In this document: positions 60,137-64,000 of the stretch, piece after piece | Numbering within the stretch: the first letter of the stretch is position 1 | Layout: every line of letters starts with the position of its first letter | Source of the DNA: Bacteroidales bacterium | Lineage (GTDB): Bacteria; Bacteroidota; Bacteroidia; Bacteroidales; G3-4614 | Length of the DNA stretch: 64,000 bases | Direction: 5' to 3' | NCBI GenBank assembly: GCA_036656055.1 | Contig: JAVVOY010000001.1 | Span: forward strand, 33,662 to 97,661 | Position numbers and translations under genes: made by a program | The notes under the pieces: model-generated | Told to the model about the DNA's origin: nothing | The model's database searches: none | The model's input: only the letters and a program-made list of their open reading frames with translations

Positions 60137-61102
60137 ATGAGCCCATTAAAATTCGAGAATATCTTAAAACCCATTATATGGGGCGGTGATGAGATATGTA
60201 AATTTAAAGAGATAACGCCTCGCCTTGAAGGGATAGGTGAGAGTTGGGAGATATCCCAAGTAGAAGGCAATGTATCCGTTGTGGCAGACGGAGAATATAA
60301 AGGTAAATCGCTTACCGAGGTTATAGCGAAAGAAGGAGCTATTCTTATGGGTAAGCATGTTTATGAGAAGTTTGGCACTACCTTTCCTCTGCTTATAAAG
60401 TTTATTGATGCTCGCGATAATCTCTCAATACAAGTACACCCTGATGACGAGCTTGCCAAAGAGCGTCATAACTCTTTCGGTAAGACAGAAATGTGGTATG
60501 TAATATCGGCTTCAGAAGGGGCAGGACTTTACTCTGGATTTTCAAAACAGATAATGTCTGACGAATATGTAAAGCGCGTAGAAGAGAATACAATTACTGA
60601 TGTTCTGCAGTTTCACAAAGTTAAAAGTGGAGATGTGTTTTTCCTTCCGGCAGGTAGGATTCATGCAATTGGAAAAGGAATTTTTATTGCCGAGATACAG
60701 CAGACCTCAAATATAACTTATCGTATATACGATTATAACCGTAAGGATAAAAAAGGAAACGGACGCGAATTACATACGGCTTTAGCAAAAGATGCAATAG
60801 ATTACAAAATGTATAGCGATCTCAAGACGTCATATACTCCGCAATCAGATAAAGAGGTGAGATTGGCAGAATGCAAATATTTCGCAACTAACCTGCTTGA
60901 TATTACATGTCGTGTGATCTGCAATGTAAAAGAACGCGACTCTTTTGTGATATATATATGTATGGGCGGTAAAGCAACTGTTACTGACAGCGAAGGGAAT
61001 ATTACTGAAATAAAACAGGGCGAAACAATCCTTGTGCCGGCAAGTACAGCTAATGTTATGATAGAGGGTCAAGCAAAGCTGCTTGAATGTTATATACCTT
61101 AA
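60137..61102 (+). CDS. manA: Mannose-6-phosphate isomerase, class I (cupin type)
   Basis: 321 aa. KPIIWGG...GESWEIS...LSIQVHPDD...KTEMWYV...AGRIHAIG. Confidence 0.88.
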   Translation: MSPLKFENILKPIIWGGDEICKFKEITPRLEGIGESWEISQVEGNVSVVADGEYKGKSLTEVIAKEGAILMGKHVYEKFGTTFPLLIKFIDARDNLSIQVHPDDELAKERHNSFGKTEMWYVISASEGAGLYSGFSKQIMSDEYVKRVEENTITDVLQFHKVKSGDVFFLPAGRIHAIGKGIFIAEIQQTSNITYRIYDYNRKDKKGNGRELHTALAKDAIDYKMYSDLKTSYTPQSDKEVRLAECKYFATNLLDITCRVICNVKERDSFVIYICMGGKATVTDSEGNITEIKQGETILVPASTANVMIEGQAKLLECYIP

Positions 61103-61154
61103 ACGTAAGTATTCTTATATTTTATGGCGGCGTCTCTGTTATGCAGGGACGCTG

Positions 61155-62033
61155 TTAGTTTTTACAACTTTTGTATAATTCTCTAACACAGAGAATAAAT
61201 AGTATAATGCTGATTACACTTATCCATGCTGTTCCGCTTTTTATAGTACCTATTGTTTCAACCTCTTCGCCACTGTATTTATTGTCTATCAAAAATGTAG
61301 ATACTGTGGCTAGGCTGTTGTTTAGAAAATGGGCAAAAACAGGTAGCCAGATGTTATGCGACCATACTATCATATAACCGAAAAAAGCTCCTAGGAGTAA
61401 TCGAGGGAAAAAGCCGAAGAATTGTATGTGTATGGCACTGAACAAAAATGCTGTTACCCAGACGGCGATATGTTGGTTGCGACTTTTTTCAGACACTAAC
61501 TGCTGTATTAACCCTCTGAAAGTAAATTCTTCCCCGATGCCTGTAAGTACACCAACAATTAATATTAGACCTGCAACGCCCCATAATGACTTGGTTGATA
61601 ACAACATATCGGTAGTTACTTTGGCTGCATTCTCTTGATTGCGCATCCAAGTTTCAACGCCATTTAACGCCGCAGGGAGTTGTATCCCTTCGTTCCATGT
61701 AATAATAAGATTCAATGCAGGAGTTAAGACAATCATGCAGGCTGTACACCATAGTATCTGTTGAATTTTAGGTAGTTTTCCGGCCTGCAAGAAGTCAACC
61801 GCTGAATTAGAGAATATTCGTGCGCATATAATAGGCGTGCATATAAATAAAAATAAACTCTGTACGGTAAGACCGGCAATAAGTATTCCGCGCTCTCCAA
61901 GTTGCGGGAAACTTTTGGTAATTATCAATATAAGCGTTGTCGTTAAAATAAACATTACGGCAAAGACAAATATCAGCATCAGTATTCTTGTCCCGAATGA
62001 GGCTGTGTATAAGAAATTTTTCAGTTGTCTCAT
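61155..62033 (-). CDS. CPBP-family intramembrane glutamic endopeptidase (CAAX protease-like)
   Basis: 292 aa, polytopic. Motifs GIGEEFTFRG, FSAIH and HFLNN. ATGA overlap with the menA stop. Confidence 0.85.
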   Translation of the reverse strand: MRQLKNFLYTASFGTRILMLIFVFAVMFILTTTLILIITKSFPQLGERGILIAGLTVQSLFLFICTPIICARIFSNSAVDFLQAGKLPKIQQILWCTACMIVLTPALNLIITWNEGIQLPAALNGVETWMRNQENAAKVTTDMLLSTKSLWGVAGLILIVGVLTGIGEEFTFRGLIQQLVSEKSRNQHIAVWVTAFLFSAIHIQFFGFFPRLLLGAFFGYMIVWSHNIWLPVFAHFLNNSLATVSTFLIDNKYSGEEVETIGTIKSGTAWISVISIILFILCVRELYKSCKN

Positions 62034-62899
62034 AATAGAGTTTTGTAGATAAGAATAAGGGCAATAAATATCAGTGTAAATATTAGTTGGTTAGCCGCTG
62101 TCCGTCCTATGTATTGATTAAGTTTACTTCCTGAACTTTTTCTTATTCCGTTCCATGTAAATATGTGGATTATTATAAATACTGCTGCTGCTATAATACC
62201 GGCATTATATCCGAGGAACAGCAGTGATGCCAATATCCCGTTTATAAGATATGCGTAAAGAGCAAATCTCTTTCCCATAATAACAACAGCTGTCCTTTTG
62301 CCATCGGCAGTATCAGTATCCCTATCGCGGTAATTATTTACAAGCAGAATATTTACTGATAAAAGTCCTGCAGCAGTACCGCCGTATATAATATCTTCAT
62401 ACTGCATTATCCCGGTTTGCAGCCAGTATGTTGCACATACCGGAATTATCCCGAAAAATATAAATACTGTTATCTCTCCCAGTCCGTGATATGAAAGTGG
62501 ATAAGGACCGGCTGAATACAGCAGTGCAAATGCTATTATTATTACACCGAGGATAACAAGTGCCCATCCTCCTAAAGGAATAAGAAAAGACCCCAATAAA
62601 GCGGCAATAGCAAGCATTACGATTGTTGCTTTCAACATCCTTTCAGGCGCGATCTCTCCGGAGGCTACTGCGCGGCGCGGTCCTATGCGGGATGCCTTGT
62701 CGCTGCCGTTTTTAAAATCGAAATAATCATTTGCAAAGTTGGAGGCAATCTGTGCAACGATGGCAAACAGAGCGCAAACAACGACTATCGGAATATTTAA
62801 TTTTCCATCATTAAATGCGTATCCAGATGCTATTATAACAGGGGATAAGGATGTTGGCAATGTTCTTGGTCTTGCTGCCGAAATCCAGCTTTTTATCAT
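62030..62899 (-). CDS. menA: 1,4-dihydroxy-2-naphthoate polyprenyltransferase
   Basis: 289 aa UbiA-family protein. RPRTLP and NDYFDFKNGSD motifs. Confidence 0.9.
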   Translation of the reverse strand: MIKSWISAARPRTLPTSLSPVIIASGYAFNDGKLNIPIVVVCALFAIVAQIASNFANDYFDFKNGSDKASRIGPRRAVASGEIAPERMLKATIVMLAIAALLGSFLIPLGGWALVILGVIIIAFALLYSAGPYPLSYHGLGEITVFIFFGIIPVCATYWLQTGIMQYEDIIYGGTAAGLLSVNILLVNNYRDRDTDTADGKRTAVVIMGKRFALYAYLINGILASLLFLGYNAGIIAAAVFIIIHIFTWNGIRKSSGSKLNQYIGRTAANQLIFTLIFIALILIYKTLL

Positions 62900-62913
62900 A
62901 GTTGTATCTCTAT

Positions 62914-64000
62914 TTATTTGTTAGCTGATAATTTTGGTGTTTCTTCAGCAATATTAAAACAAGCTTTTACGGCATTACGGATAATCTCAGCATCTTTTTT
63001 ATTTTCACGCAGTATGGATATTACAAAACAGATATATTTATCAGTTGATGTGAATCCGCACATCTGCGTTATGCGGCTTTGTGTTATCATCGCCTTCTGG
63101 TTGAAGAATTTTAAAATAGCAGGGTAATTTTCGTCAGATACAAAGCGTTTGAATTTATCCATCAACTTGTTATATGTTATATATGGGTCTATCTCTTCAG
63201 TGAGGCTGGCTATATGGTCTGCAAACTCCTCAATGGTAAAGACACGTATGTCTATCCTGAACTCTATCCCGTTGCGGATGCGGTGACGTGTATGCATAAG
63301 GGCTTGCTGTTCCATATCGTTTCTGAAAAACCTTATTATACTGTGTTTTACGGTTCTGAAAACTTCATCTTCGTTGTTCCCTGTTCGTCTTGCCACTGTG
63401 CGAACTATCGGTTCGAGCATAAGAATATTTTCTACCTCGGCAACTTCGGGGACATATATATTTTTGGCTCTTAAGTACTCTGTTTCATGGGAGGTGCGGC
63501 GGTCGCGGTCTACAATACCTCGCGATTCAAGCATGTGGAAGTTTTTCATCTCCGAGAAAGCTTTCGTAACCTCTATAACCTTGCTGCAACTCCCCAAAGG
63601 CTTTACAGTATAATCAGTAAATACTAGAGGGTATAGTTTGCAGTCAATGCTTGAAACAGAATCCCCTTCGATAAAAAGTACAGGTTTGCGTGCACCAAGT
63701 AGTTCAAGGTAGATATCTTCAGGCAGATTGTCGAGATTCTCTATAAATTCATAATCAAACGAATGTGTGTCTGCATCGTAGCGTTTAACCCAAATTCTTT
63801 TTCCTGTCCTTGACACGGCAAAATTAAGGTCGTGTGTTAGATATATAAACGTACAGTCGGGGCGTTCTGTCTCAATGTCGTTCCATAGAGAACTTGTCAT
63901 AGACGGGTGTAGGTGCATTTCCGGCTCATCCACAATTATTATAGAGTCGGGCTTTGCCACAAGCGATGATGCTATAAGATAAAATACCACTTTTTCTCCG
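62914..64000 (-). CDS. ABC-type ATPase fused to a DUF4435/Toprim-like nuclease domain (PARIS AriA-AriB-like / OLD-like); N-terminus lies beyond the window
   Basis: The ORF is open to position 64000. The track's M at 63990 is an internal GTG, preceded in frame by ...GEK. Walker B IIIVDEPE and H-loop HLHP come first, followed by VLFIEGDS, GIVDRDRR and PEVAEVENI acidic motifs. Confidence 0.65.
   Translation of the reverse strand, partial: GEKVVFYLIASSLVAKPDSIIIVDEPEMHLHPSMTSSLWNDIETERPDCTFIYLTHDLNFAVSRTGKRIWVKRYDADTHSFDYEFIENLDNLPEDIYLELLGARKPVLFIEGDSVSSIDCKLYPLVFTDYTVKPLGSCSKVIEVTKAFSEMKNFHMLESRGIVDRDRRTSHETEYLRAKNIYVPEVAEVENILMLEPIVRTVARRTGNNEDEVFRTVKHSIIRFFRNDMEQQALMHTRHRIRNGIEFRIDIRVFTIEEFADHIASLTEEIDPYITYNKLMDKFKRFVSDENYPAILKFFNQKAMITQSRITQMCGFTSTDKYICFVISILRENKKDAEIIRNAVKACFNIAEETPKLSANK

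Overview
The window looks like a chromosomal segment from a low-GC Bacteroidota genome, probably Bacteroidales. This placement rests on several signals read directly from the sequence and translations:
- TAnnTTTG-type -7 promoter boxes and no Shine-Dalgarno sequences.
- A type III glutamine synthetase, plus BACON, TRL, DUF4270 and GEVED-like domains.
- One T9SS C-terminal sorting domain, which argues against Bacteroides sensu stricto.

Most of the window is recognisable core metabolism:
- ffh-panD-panC, and a short glycogen-synthase-like gene with DUF4270.
- tRNA-Thr.
- A complete L-fucose operon, fucI-fucO-fucA-fucK-fucP.
- tetR-fabG, and marR with a P-type ATPase.
- carB-carA divergent from glnN, then yidC-pyrG and glyA.
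- pyrB-pyrI, PBP1A, topB, manA and menA.

I found no rRNA, CRISPR array, transposase or integrase. Three stretches look accessory or rearranged:
1. The AT-rich stretch downstream of tRNA-Thr (about 5.8-10.3 kb). It holds an orphan M15 peptidase, a TRL-like lipoprotein pair, and two tandem membrane-anchored AraC regulators.
2. The 20.5-23.2 kb stretch. It holds a degraded LysM/mltD-like remnant, an orphan BACON lipoprotein, a 565-bp ORF-free gap, and a lipocalin with no signal peptide.
3. The right edge of the window. An ABC-ATPase fused to a DUF4435/Toprim-like domain (PARIS/OLD-like defence architecture) sits directly on the menA operon and is cut by the window end.

The observations I rate most worth follow-up are:
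- That fused ATPase-nuclease.
- The tandem 7TM-AraC pair next to a fucose operon that lacks fucR.
- Two candidate cis-regulatory leaders for pyrimidine genes. One is a leader-peptide/terminator attenuator upstream of pyrBI. The other is a GC-rich structured leader with a U8 tract upstream of carA.

I see no clear multi-gene novel system inside the window. All functional calls come from reading the translated ORFs and motifs by eye. No database search or folding computation was run. Several ORF-track starts turned out to be GTG/TTG extensions, and I trimmed them to the first plausible ATG.
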